A DNA stretch of 57,958 bases from an uncultured Christensenella sp. (GCA_949295755.1 CASFMG010000012.1:1-57958); one strand, 5' to 3'; shown: positions 19,140-26,877, numbered from the stretch's first letter. Program-made: numbers and translations. Notes: generated by a model from the sequence alone, not told the origin.

Positions 19140-20138
19140 ATGGAACAAAAATGTCCTATATGCAACAAAAAACATGAAATTATTGACGATGTAAATGAAT
19201 TTAACACAAAGGTTTATAAATGTCAAAAAACAAAATGTAAAATTCATGAAAGTGTTTTCTATGGAATAGATGATGCAGAAAAAGAAAAAAGATTAAATGC
19301 CATTTATAATTTTTTATATGAACATCCATTTGCAGATAAACATAAAACATATTGGAGATTTTTTTTTGAAGAAACAAATAATGCACCTTATGAACACTAT
19401 AATATTAATGTTTTTCATTTGATGCATAACTATCCTTACAATATTGAGAAAAGAATTAACGCTATTTTATTAGCTTTAAACAAATTATATCCAACAATAG
19501 CAGATTCTTTTACTATAAAAGATTTATATACAAATCATCCAAGATTATTTTATCCCGAAAGTTTATCAATGGGAGAAGAAAAAGTTATTAAAGAATTTGT
19601 TAGTATTTATTCTATATTAAGCAAATTAGACTTCATAGAACTAAGAGCAAAAGTTCAGGGTGAACCAGAAAAAACAGAATACGCTTTAACATATGAAGGA
19701 TTAAAGAAAATTAATGAACTTATGCAAGACAATCAAAACTCTAATAAAATTTTTATAGCGATGTCATTTGATCAAGATGTTGAATATATAGAATTAGCAT
19801 TTAAAGAGTCTATTGCCGATGCGGGATTTCAACCTGTAATAATAAAAGATAAAGAACATAATAATTATATTATGCCAGAAATTTTTTATGAAATCGAAAA
19901 TTGTGCAGCAATTGTTATGGATTTAACTAAACCAAATTTTGGAGCGTATTATGAGGCTGGTTATGCTTTAGGTTTAAAAAAACAGGTAATAGCGTGCTGT
20001 AAGGAAACTACTTTTAATAATTCCAAAATAAAGCCACATTTTGATATTTCTCAAAAATCTATGATTATTTGGAAAGATGAAGCTGACTTAAAGGAAAAAT
20101 TAACAAAAAGAATAAAATATACTATCAATGTAAAATAA
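19140..20138 (+). CDS. Zn-ribbon / wHTH-like / C-terminal nucleoside 2-deoxyribosyltransferase-like (TIR-like Rossmannoid) domain protein
   Basis: 332 aa with a strong SD. Zinc ribbon C5-x2-C8 ... C28-x4-C33. Central SILSKLDFIELRAKVQGEPEKTEYALTYEGLKKI resembles a winged helix. C-terminal KIFIAMSFDQD..AAIVMDLTKPNFGAYYEAGYALGLKKQVIACC fits the NDT-like pattern, retaining D261 and E272. The domain calls rest on motif recall only. Confidence 0.5.
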   Translation: MEQKCPICNKKHEIIDDVNEFNTKVYKCQKTKCKIHESVFYGIDDAEKEKRLNAIYNFLYEHPFADKHKTYWRFFFEETNNAPYEHYNINVFHLMHNYPYNIEKRINAILLALNKLYPTIADSFTIKDLYTNHPRLFYPESLSMGEEKVIKEFVSIYSILSKLDFIELRAKVQGEPEKTEYALTYEGLKKINELMQDNQNSNKIFIAMSFDQDVEYIELAFKESIADAGFQPVIIKDKEHNNYIMPEIFYEIENCAAIVMDLTKPNFGAYYEAGYALGLKKQVIACCKETTFNNSKIKPHFDISQKSMIIWKDEADLKEKLTKRIKYTINVK

Positions 20139-20168
20139 AATCGTGCTTTTTAGGGCACGATTTTTTTA
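20139..20168. terminator. Bidirectional terminator between convergent genes
   Basis: Stem aatcgtgc (20139-20146) / gcacgatt (20155-20162), then T7. Confidence 0.7.
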
Positions 20169-21737
20169 TTGTTCTCTTTTTTGAAGTACTGCAAAATATT
20201 CTTTTGAGTAGAATATTGATAGGTCTATGTTTTTATTTATTTCTTGTTCGGTTAATAATTTATGTTTTTCTTTTTCTAAATCAAAGTTGTCTATAATATT
20301 TGTTATTGCACTTTGTGTATAGTTTAAATCGGTAAAGTTATAAAATATAACTATTGCATCGTTATAAAGAATAATTTGTTTAATAAAAGTTTTTACAATA
20401 TGCTTTCTAACTTCATAATTTTCAATATCGCCACAAATAATCTTTTTGAAATATTCCATAACCATATCTTCTGTTAAAAATGATAGATTCTTTTGTTTCT
20501 CTTGTTCAATAGCAATATCGTATTCTGCTATTTGCATTTCAAGTTCTTTTAATCTTACTTTTGTTTGTTCGGTTATAATTCCTAATTCAACAGCACTTAT
20601 AAGATTTTGTGATGCTTTTAATAATTTATCTCGACTTAATTCAAGTGCTTTAATTCTTGCTTCTTCTTCGTTATCACTTTGACATTCTATAATCTTTTTT
20701 GCAATCTTTTTTAAGTTATTATTGTTAGATAGCACTTTCCAAGTTATATCCACAACTTCTTTTTCAAGTTCATCTTTCTTATTAGATTGCATCAGACAAT
20801 TTAAATGCTTTCTTCTTCGTTTTGTTAAGCAAGAATAATATCTATATTTAATTACTTTTTTAATTTCTTTACCAGATTCTCCAACCATTTTATGTTTGCA
20901 ATAACCACAAAATAATTTGCCAGACAAGATATAATCATAAGAATCTTGTTTTCGTATTTGTGCGTGTTTATATGCTTTCCTTAAATCTTGAACTTTTTGC
21001 CAAGTTATTTCATCAATGATCGGTGGATAAATATTTGTGTAAACAGTATCACCATGTTGGACTTTTCCAATATACTTTGTATTTGCAATTATTTTATATA
21101 TTTTCTTATCATCTATTAAAACACCTTTTTTAGTTCTAACATCTCTTGCTTTTAAGTCTTTGGCTATATCTACACCCGTATAACCCTGTGAAAATTTTGT
21201 AAATATTTCTTTTACAATCTTTGCTTCACTTTCATTAATAACATTTCGTTTTTCAACGACATCATATCCATATATTTGATTTCCACCTGTAAAGTATCCT
21301 TTTAAGTAACTTTCATTTAAACCACGAAGCACTTTTTGAGATAGTTCTGCTGAATAGTATTGATTCATACCTTCAAGTAAACTCTCAAGTATTATTCCTT
21401 CTGGTGTGTCTGGTATGTTTTCCATAGCAGATAATAGTTTTACTCCATTACTACTTAAGGTGTGTTTATGTATTGTTGTTTCATATTTGTTTCTACTAAA
21501 TCTATCTAGTTTATATACAATTACATAATCCCATTGTTTCTTATTGCTATCTTTTATCATTCTTTGAAAATCTGGTCTATTATCGTTAGTACCTGTCATT
21601 GCTCTGTCAATGTAAGTATCTAAAATAACAATATTATTTCTTTGAGCAAAATCTTTACAAACTCTTAATTGTCCTTCAATAGATTGTTCTGTTTGACTAT
21701 CACTTGAATATCTTGCATATATAACTGCTGTTTTCAT
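20166..21737 (-). CDS. Large serine recombinase (resolvase/invertase N-terminal domain + recombinase domain + zinc ribbon + coiled coil)
   Basis: 523 aa. SD GGAGG. N-terminal AVIYARYSSDSQ with the catalytic Ser, then DRPDFQRMI and VIVYKLDRFSRN. Zinc ribbon LFCGYCKHKM..YYSC. Long helical C-terminus. Confidence 0.92.
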   Translation of the reverse strand: MKTAVIYARYSSDSQTEQSIEGQLRVCKDFAQRNNIVILDTYIDRAMTGTNDNRPDFQRMIKDSNKKQWDYVIVYKLDRFSRNKYETTIHKHTLSSNGVKLLSAMENIPDTPEGIILESLLEGMNQYYSAELSQKVLRGLNESYLKGYFTGGNQIYGYDVVEKRNVINESEAKIVKEIFTKFSQGYTGVDIAKDLKARDVRTKKGVLIDDKKIYKIIANTKYIGKVQHGDTVYTNIYPPIIDEITWQKVQDLRKAYKHAQIRKQDSYDYILSGKLFCGYCKHKMVGESGKEIKKVIKYRYYSCLTKRRRKHLNCLMQSNKKDELEKEVVDITWKVLSNNNNLKKIAKKIIECQSDNEEEARIKALELSRDKLLKASQNLISAVELGIITEQTKVRLKELEMQIAEYDIAIEQEKQKNLSFLTEDMVMEYFKKIICGDIENYEVRKHIVKTFIKQIILYNDAIVIFYNFTDLNYTQSAITNIIDNFDLEKEKHKLLTEQEINKNIDLSIFYSKEYFAVLQKREQ

Positions 21738-21903
21738 TTTTAACCTCCATACATCTTTTATTAGAGGTTACAATGTTGTTTTTTACATTAGTATCAAGTC
21801 TATGTTTACTTTGTAAATACGGTATGTATATAAAATGTTTCAACAATATTTCTTTAACATATCTTTTTTGTAAACTTGTTTTAACAAATTGTTCTAAAAA
21901 CAT
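21700..21903 (-). CDS. Small basic hypothetical protein upstream of, and overlapping, the recombinase start (candidate regulator/directionality factor)
   Basis: ATG at 21901-21903 is preceded by a perfect AAGGAGG (21913-21919) with an 8-nt spacer. 67 codons, ending 38 nt inside the recombinase gene in another frame. No recognisable motif. Confidence 0.3.
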   Translation of the reverse strand: MFLEQFVKTSLQKRYVKEILLKHFIYIPYLQSKHRLDTNVKNNIVTSNKRCMEVKNENSSYICKIFK

Positions 21904-22040
21904 ATAGTTAACCTCCTTATCGAAAATTTTTTTCGACAAGAAAAAATCATCAGAGAATGGGCGCAGATGTCAAAGAAAAAGAAAAAAAATATTGTCTTTA
22001 AAATTTTGAAATTAAAAGTTTTAAGCAATAATTTTTTCCT

Positions 22041-22069
22041 TTGACAGCCAGAACATTCTATGATAAATT
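22041..22069 (+). promoter_or_regulatory. Strong candidate promoter reading rightward into the long leader of the DUF2075 gene
   Basis: TTGACA (22041-22046), 17-nt spacer ending in TG-a, and -10 TAAATT (22064-22069). No protein gene lies within the next 500 nt. Confidence 0.5.
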
Positions 22070-22271
22070 TCCCAAACGAAAAAGGATGATAACTTAAACC
22101 CAACAAATAGAACAATTTGTTTATATTATTAAGAAATATATAAAATCAATATTTTTATATCCACAATTAATAAAAATCTTATATAATGATTTTTAATATT
22201 GGGATGAAGGTTGTTATATGGGAAAACACAGTCCCGAAGTAATTGAGCAAATGAGAAAATCGAATTAAAAG

Positions 22272-22352
22272 ACAAACGGCAACTAAAAAAATGTGAGGCA
22301 GAAACGGAAAGCCTGCGCGTTGATGCCCACATTAGTTACCGTTTGTTTTTAT
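22272..22352 (+). terminator. Long imperfect hairpin followed by a U-tract (terminator/attenuator-like or structured RNA)
   Basis: Outer arms acaaacggcaactaa (22272-22286) and ttagttaccgtttgt (22332-22346) pair at 14 of 15 positions. An inner helix atgtg(a)ggca / tgcccacat is also present. The G+C-rich interior is followed by tttttatt. Confidence 0.45.
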
Positions 22353-22397
22353 TCACCAAGATTTTAATTGTGAAATTTCTTGCTTTGTTTGTGTTTT

Positions 22398-22455
22398 GGC
22401 GTGTGCTTGTCTGGTGGCGCAAAGCGACACCACTTGTTCAAGACAAGCACACGCC
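22398..22455. repeat. Perfect 15-bp GC-rich inverted repeat enclosing a second small hairpin
   Basis: ggcgtgtgcttgtct (22398-22412) and agacaagcacacgcc (22441-22455). The interior ggtg-g-cgc-aaa-gcg-a-cacc can itself fold. It stands out against the AT-rich background. Confidence 0.7.
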
Positions 22456-22518
22456 AGGATCTCATTTGTTAATTTTTCAATAAAAATATAAAAGTTCAAA
22501 TTCCCCTTGCCCTACCAT

Positions 22519-22547
22519 TTGCTTTTTTTATAATTTTATGATATATC
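22519..22547 (+). promoter_or_regulatory. Candidate proximal promoter of the DUF2075 gene
   Basis: TTGCTT (22519-22524), 17-nt spacer with TG at 22539-22540, -10 TATATC (22542-22547). Confidence 0.4.
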
Positions 22548-22571
22548 TTCAACTGTTAAGGAGAATATATT

Positions 22572-24416
22572 ATGAACGGTTTTATTTCGACAATAGGAGA
22601 TTTTAATACATTATCAACTACTGAAATTCTATCTATTTTAAAAAGTAAGTATTCTAATGCAGAAAAATCACAAATTTTATCATGGGAAACTTTGATAAAT
22701 GATATTAAAAATTCTAAAAAATTTAATGAAATTAATAAAAAATGTTTAATTGGATTGGAAATATCTCTTCCAACGGATGGCATGGCTATTGATTTGTTGA
22801 TTTGTGGTAAAAATTCAATAAAAGAAAAAGAGTGTTTTATTATCGAAGCAAAACAATGGAATGATGATTATATCAACAATAGTCATTTTTCTCAATATAG
22901 AGAACCAGGATTTGAACTACATCCTCAAATTCAAGTATATAGACACTCGTTAAGTTTTAAAGACTATCTTGATATCGGTATTGATTATAATGTTCATAAA
23001 CTCGTTTTTGTTAGAAATTGTTCTAAAAATGGTATTGTAAATTTAATAAATAAAAACACTTTGCTTTCAACTAAAAATATACAAGTTGATAATGATATAG
23101 ATGAAATTATGTCAATTATAGCATCAAATTTAATTTGTGGCGAAATAACAACAGATGAAATAATTAATGCTGAGTATAAGCCATCAAAAAGTATTATTAA
23201 AGCAATGGAGTCTATAGTTTCTCACAACGAACCTTTTATTTTAACAATAGAACAGCAAAATGTGATAAATAAAATTAATGAAGCAATTAATAATGGGAAA
23301 AAAATTATTCGTATTACTGGAGCAGCTGGGTCAGGTAAAACAGCAATTTTATTAAATATGTATGTTAATCTTTTAAATAGACAAGCCAATGGCGAAGATG
23401 TCCGTCCTGTATTTGTTTCTGGAGCACAAAATACGGCTTTTTATAGAAGCACATATCCTGAAGTTGAACGCTCATTTTCATATTCATATTCTTTAGATAA
23501 AATGGTAGCAAAAACAAAAGGCAATTTATATTATGTGTTAATGGATGAAGCACAACATAATCAAGAAGGTATTATACAAACAATGATAGATAGAAATGTA
23601 ACACTTGTACTTTGTTATGATATTTCGCAGGTTATTAATGCTAACAATTCAATTGCTGAACTAACAAATTTAGAAAAAAGAGAAGACTTTTTGTGTATTA
23701 ATTTAGAAAAAAGTGTAAGATTTAACGGCTCTCAATTAGCAGAAAAAAATATAAGAAATTATTTGAAAGGTTCTTTAGATATAAAAGAAGATAATATTTT
23801 TGAATTTAAAGTATTTAATGATTTAAAAACTTTTCAAGAAAAAATTGTTTCTACTATTAATAACCATCCCGATGATACGGTTGCAGTTGTTGGTCTTCTT
23901 TCAAATGATGCTTCAAAATATACAAATTCTGAAAATCCTGACTCAATATTTTTTACTCAATGGGGAAATAAGGCTGAATGTGATTGGCTTCCATATATTA
24001 ATGATAAAAATTATCTTTCAAAAAATAATGGAAACTTATGGGTCGGAACTTGGTGGATGCCTGGCTTAGATGTTGATTACATTGCTGTTATTGTAGGAGG
24101 CGATGCAAATCATTCATCAAATGGTATTAAAGCAATACCTGATCAAGCAAAACATTATTTAATGATGGTAAGTATAGGAAGAAAACTTAACCTTCCAGAT
24201 GAATTATTTGTTACAAAAAAAAGTTTTGGCAAAATTGTTCAAGATAATAGAAAAACTGCAGATAATATCATGAATTATTTAAAAGATAAACCTGACTTAT
24301 ATGAAAATTTTATTAATATGTTTTCTCAATTGTTAAGAAATAATTATTACATAATGATGACCAGAGGAAGAAAAGGCTGTTTTGTCTACTTTACTGACCA
24401 AACAGGAAAGAATTAA
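22572..24416 (+). CDS. DUF2075-type protein: N-terminal PD-(D/E)xK nuclease-like domain fused to a P-loop SF1-like ATPase/helicase
   Basis: 614 aa. SD AAGGAG. Nuclease-like motif LEISLPTDGMAIDLLICG ... CFIIEAKQW (D74, E92, K94). Walker A ITGAAGSGKTA and Walker B YYVLMDEAQH. Later motifs VLCYDISQVI, SVRFNGS, GLDVDYIAVIVGGD and YYIMMTRGRKGCFVY. Confidence 0.8.
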   Translation: MNGFISTIGDFNTLSTTEILSILKSKYSNAEKSQILSWETLINDIKNSKKFNEINKKCLIGLEISLPTDGMAIDLLICGKNSIKEKECFIIEAKQWNDDYINNSHFSQYREPGFELHPQIQVYRHSLSFKDYLDIGIDYNVHKLVFVRNCSKNGIVNLINKNTLLSTKNIQVDNDIDEIMSIIASNLICGEITTDEIINAEYKPSKSIIKAMESIVSHNEPFILTIEQQNVINKINEAINNGKKIIRITGAAGSGKTAILLNMYVNLLNRQANGEDVRPVFVSGAQNTAFYRSTYPEVERSFSYSYSLDKMVAKTKGNLYYVLMDEAQHNQEGIIQTMIDRNVTLVLCYDISQVINANNSIAELTNLEKREDFLCINLEKSVRFNGSQLAEKNIRNYLKGSLDIKEDNIFEFKVFNDLKTFQEKIVSTINNHPDDTVAVVGLLSNDASKYTNSENPDSIFFTQWGNKAECDWLPYINDKNYLSKNNGNLWVGTWWMPGLDVDYIAVIVGGDANHSSNGIKAIPDQAKHYLMMVSIGRKLNLPDELFVTKKSFGKIVQDNRKTADNIMNYLKDKPDLYENFINMFSQLLRNNYYIMMTRGRKGCFVYFTDQTGKN

Positions 24417-24418
24417 TT

Positions 24419-24574
24419 ATGAATATAGATGAAATTATTAATAATATTGCTAATAAATTAAAAGAAAAATTGCCTAAAATATGGATTGGTAAAGAAGCAA
24501 TATTATTTATGAAAAATAATAATTGTAATCATTTGAAAAATCCTAAAATAAGAATAATTAGAATTCCTTTTTAA
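24419..24574 (+). CDS. Small hypothetical ORF (51 aa) coupled to the DUF2075 gene
   Basis: Below the ORF-track length cut-off. The ATG lies 2 nt after the DUF2075 stop, and AGGAAAG lies about 10 nt upstream. Sequence MNIDEIINNIANKLKEKLPKIWIGKEAILFMKNNNCNHLKNPKIRIIRIPF. It could instead be a remnant of a lost gene. Confidence 0.3.
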   Translation: MNIDEIINNIANKLKEKLPKIWIGKEAILFMKNNNCNHLKNPKIRIIRIPF

Positions 24575-24578
24575 ATTA

Positions 24579-24606
24579 TTGTATTTCAGCATTTTTATGA
24601 TATACT
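24579..24606 (+). promoter_or_regulatory. Candidate promoter of the methyltransferase gene
   Basis: TTGTAT (24579-24584), TG at 24598-24599, -10 TATACT (24601-24606). It contains the same 12-mer TTTTATGATATA as the DUF2075 proximal promoter. Confidence 0.4.
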
Positions 24607-24633
24607 TACCCTGTTGCGTAAGGAGTATAATTT

Positions 24634-25818
24634 ATGTATAATTTCAAATTTATTGATTTGTTTTCTGGGATAGGTGGTTTTCATCAAGCACTTCAAAACT
24701 TAGGTGGAGAATGCGTATTTGCTTCTGATATTGATAAATATGCTATAGAAACTTATAAAGGAAATTATGGCATAAATTCAGACTGCAATATTAGGAACGT
24801 AAAAGAAGAGGATATTCCACAACATGATATTTTGTGTGCAGGTTTTCCTTGTCAAGCATTTTCTAAGGCTGGACATCAAAAAGGTTTTGCTGATGAAACA
24901 AGAGGAACTTTGTTTTTTGAAATTATAAGAATATTGAAATATCATAAAACACCTTGTTTTATTTTAGAAAATGTTAGGAATTTAGCTTCTCACGATCATG
25001 GTAATACATGGAAAGTTATTAAAAATTCTCTAAAAGAATTAGGGTATGTAATAACTGAAGATCCTATCATAATAAGTCCACATCAATTAGGCGTTCCGCA
25101 AATAAGAGAAAGAGTTGTTATATTAGGAATACATAAATCTTTAGGTATAGAAAAAATAAATGTAGAATTGCCTGCATTAACTAAAAATGATGTAAATTTT
25201 TTTGATTCTGATATTTTAGAAAAAGGTAAAGTTGATAAAAAATATTATATATCAAAGCATGAAGAAATTGTTTTAAATTGCTGGGACGAATTTATTAAAG
25301 GTGTTAAAGAAAAAGTTATTGGTTTTCCAATTTTAGCTGAAGAATTTGGACAAACTTATGATTATACAATACTAGGTTATCCAAATTGGAGGATGAATTT
25401 TATAAAAAGAACAAGAGACCTTTATGAGAATAATAAAGAGTTTATAGACAATTGGTTAAAAAAATGGAATAATTTGGATACTTTTACAAATACAGAAAAG
25501 AAGTTAGAATGGCAATGTGGAAAAGATTGTTCTTCTATATGGGATGGATTTATTCAGTTTAGACCTTCTGGAATAAGAGTAAAAAGACCTACTGTTTTCC
25601 CATCACTTGTTGCTATGGTGCAAATTCCAATTATTGGTGTAGTTAAAAGAAGACTTACCCCTAGAGAAGCTGCTAGATTACAAAGTTTTCCTGATACATT
25701 TGTATGTAATAAAAATGACCATCAAGCATATAAACAATTTGGAAATGCTGTTAATGTAAAGGTTATTGAATATATGGCTAAACAAATGTTTAAAAATATT
25801 AAGAAAAATAACAATTAA
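24634..25818 (+). CDS. dcm: DNA (cytosine-5)-methyltransferase
   Basis: 394 aa. Motif I FIDLFSGIGGF, motif IV GFPCQAFS, motif VI ENV, motif VIII QIRERV, motif IX RRLTPREAARLQSFPD, motif X QFGNAVNV. All motifs are intact. Confidence 0.93.
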   Translation: MYNFKFIDLFSGIGGFHQALQNLGGECVFASDIDKYAIETYKGNYGINSDCNIRNVKEEDIPQHDILCAGFPCQAFSKAGHQKGFADETRGTLFFEIIRILKYHKTPCFILENVRNLASHDHGNTWKVIKNSLKELGYVITEDPIIISPHQLGVPQIRERVVILGIHKSLGIEKINVELPALTKNDVNFFDSDILEKGKVDKKYYISKHEEIVLNCWDEFIKGVKEKVIGFPILAEEFGQTYDYTILGYPNWRMNFIKRTRDLYENNKEFIDNWLKKWNNLDTFTNTEKKLEWQCGKDCSSIWDGFIQFRPSGIRVKRPTVFPSLVAMVQIPIIGVVKRRLTPREAARLQSFPDTFVCNKNDHQAYKQFGNAVNVKVIEYMAKQMFKNIKKNNN

Positions 25819-25840
25819 ACAAATATACTATTAATTATGT

Positions 25841-26350
25841 TCAAATAAAGTATGTATTTGGATTGATAATTTTTACTTTGCAATTTTTTTGTTTTGCATA
25901 TAAAAGTGTATTTTTCGTTCCACTTGGTTTTCCGTTCCAACAAGCAATACAAATATTAGAGTTGTTAACCATAAATTTATTTCTTTCATTCATGCAGGTT
26001 CGCGTATATTTGGGTGATAAAACAATTTTATTATCACATTGATTTAAAATATTATTATACCTTTCTTGTTGACTAAGTTTCCATTTTGATTCTTGACCTA
26101 AGCAAGGCACTACAGCAATTATTTGTATGTTGTGCTTTTTCTTTAAGTTTAATAAAATTTCAGTTCCTATCATATCAAAACCTTCCGCCATTCCACTTAA
26201 AAAAGTTTTATAACCACATTTGATAGCATTCTCAAATATAGTTTCTAAATCTTTTTTGAATTTAATACAAGATTCTTTTGTTTCATCATAACCCCATGGC
26301 AAAGATTTAGGTCTATGACCTGTAAGGCAAATTGTTTGTTCTTTTATCAT
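25841..26350 (-). CDS. DUF1273 / YpsA-like SLOG family protein
   Basis: 169 aa. N-terminal CLTGHRPKSL, then SGMAEGFDMIGTE, and C-terminal WNGKPSGTKNTL, matching the YpsA-type SLOG pattern as I recall it. Confidence 0.7.
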   Translation of the reverse strand: MIKEQTICLTGHRPKSLPWGYDETKESCIKFKKDLETIFENAIKCGYKTFLSGMAEGFDMIGTEILLNLKKKHNIQIIAVVPCLGQESKWKLSQQERYNNILNQCDNKIVLSPKYTRTCMNERNKFMVNNSNICIACWNGKPSGTKNTLLYAKQKNCKVKIINPNTYFI

Positions 26351-26460
26351 AATATATCCTTTCTTTTATTATTATATGTCATCATATTAGGCAGTTGCAA
26401 GCATTTTGTCATCAAAATAGGCAATAATATCTGTAAAGTATAAAACTTTACGGAGAAACT

Positions 26461-26877
26461 ATGATTGATTTTATAAAATTAGTTGAAAACATTTTGGAAG
26501 AGCAAGACAAAACTAAGCAAGATTTATTTGAAAATAAAGTTATATCGGAAAATACCTTTTTCAAATATAGACAACGCTATCCAAGTCTTAAAACTTTAAT
26601 AAATATTGCGAACTATTTAAAAGTTTCATTAGATTATTTATTTGAGTTTACTAATGAAAATCATTTTGAAGAGTATAAAGAAGAAAATTTAAAGTTTTAT
26701 GAAAATTTAATTTCTTTTATTAATGCTAAGAAAATTTCTTCTAGACAATTTTGTAAAGATTTAGGTTATGCAAAAGACAATATTCTTCGTTGGAAAAATG
26801 GAATACAACCAACTTTTCAAAGATTGCTAGAGATAGCAAAATATTTTAGATGTTCTATTGATGATTTAATTAAATAG
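26461..26877 (+). CDS. Transcriptional regulator with two XRE-type helix-turn-helix units
   Basis: 138 aa. Unit 1 TKQDLFENKVISENTFFKY..LKTLINIANYLKVSLDYLF. Unit 2 SSRQFCKDLGYAKDNILRWKNG..FQRLLEIAKYFRCSIDDLI. Divergent from the SLOG gene. Confidence 0.75.
   Translation: MIDFIKLVENILEEQDKTKQDLFENKVISENTFFKYRQRYPSLKTLINIANYLKVSLDYLFEFTNENHFEEYKEENLKFYENLISFINAKKISSRQFCKDLGYAKDNILRWKNGIQPTFQRLLEIAKYFRCSIDDLIK

Noticed and set aside
22290-22330. Hammerhead-ribozyme-like elements (GAAAC and UGAUG) inside the long hairpin
   Set aside because: The core would read UUGAUGC instead of CUGANGA. Only about 20 nt separate the elements, which is too little for stems I and III.
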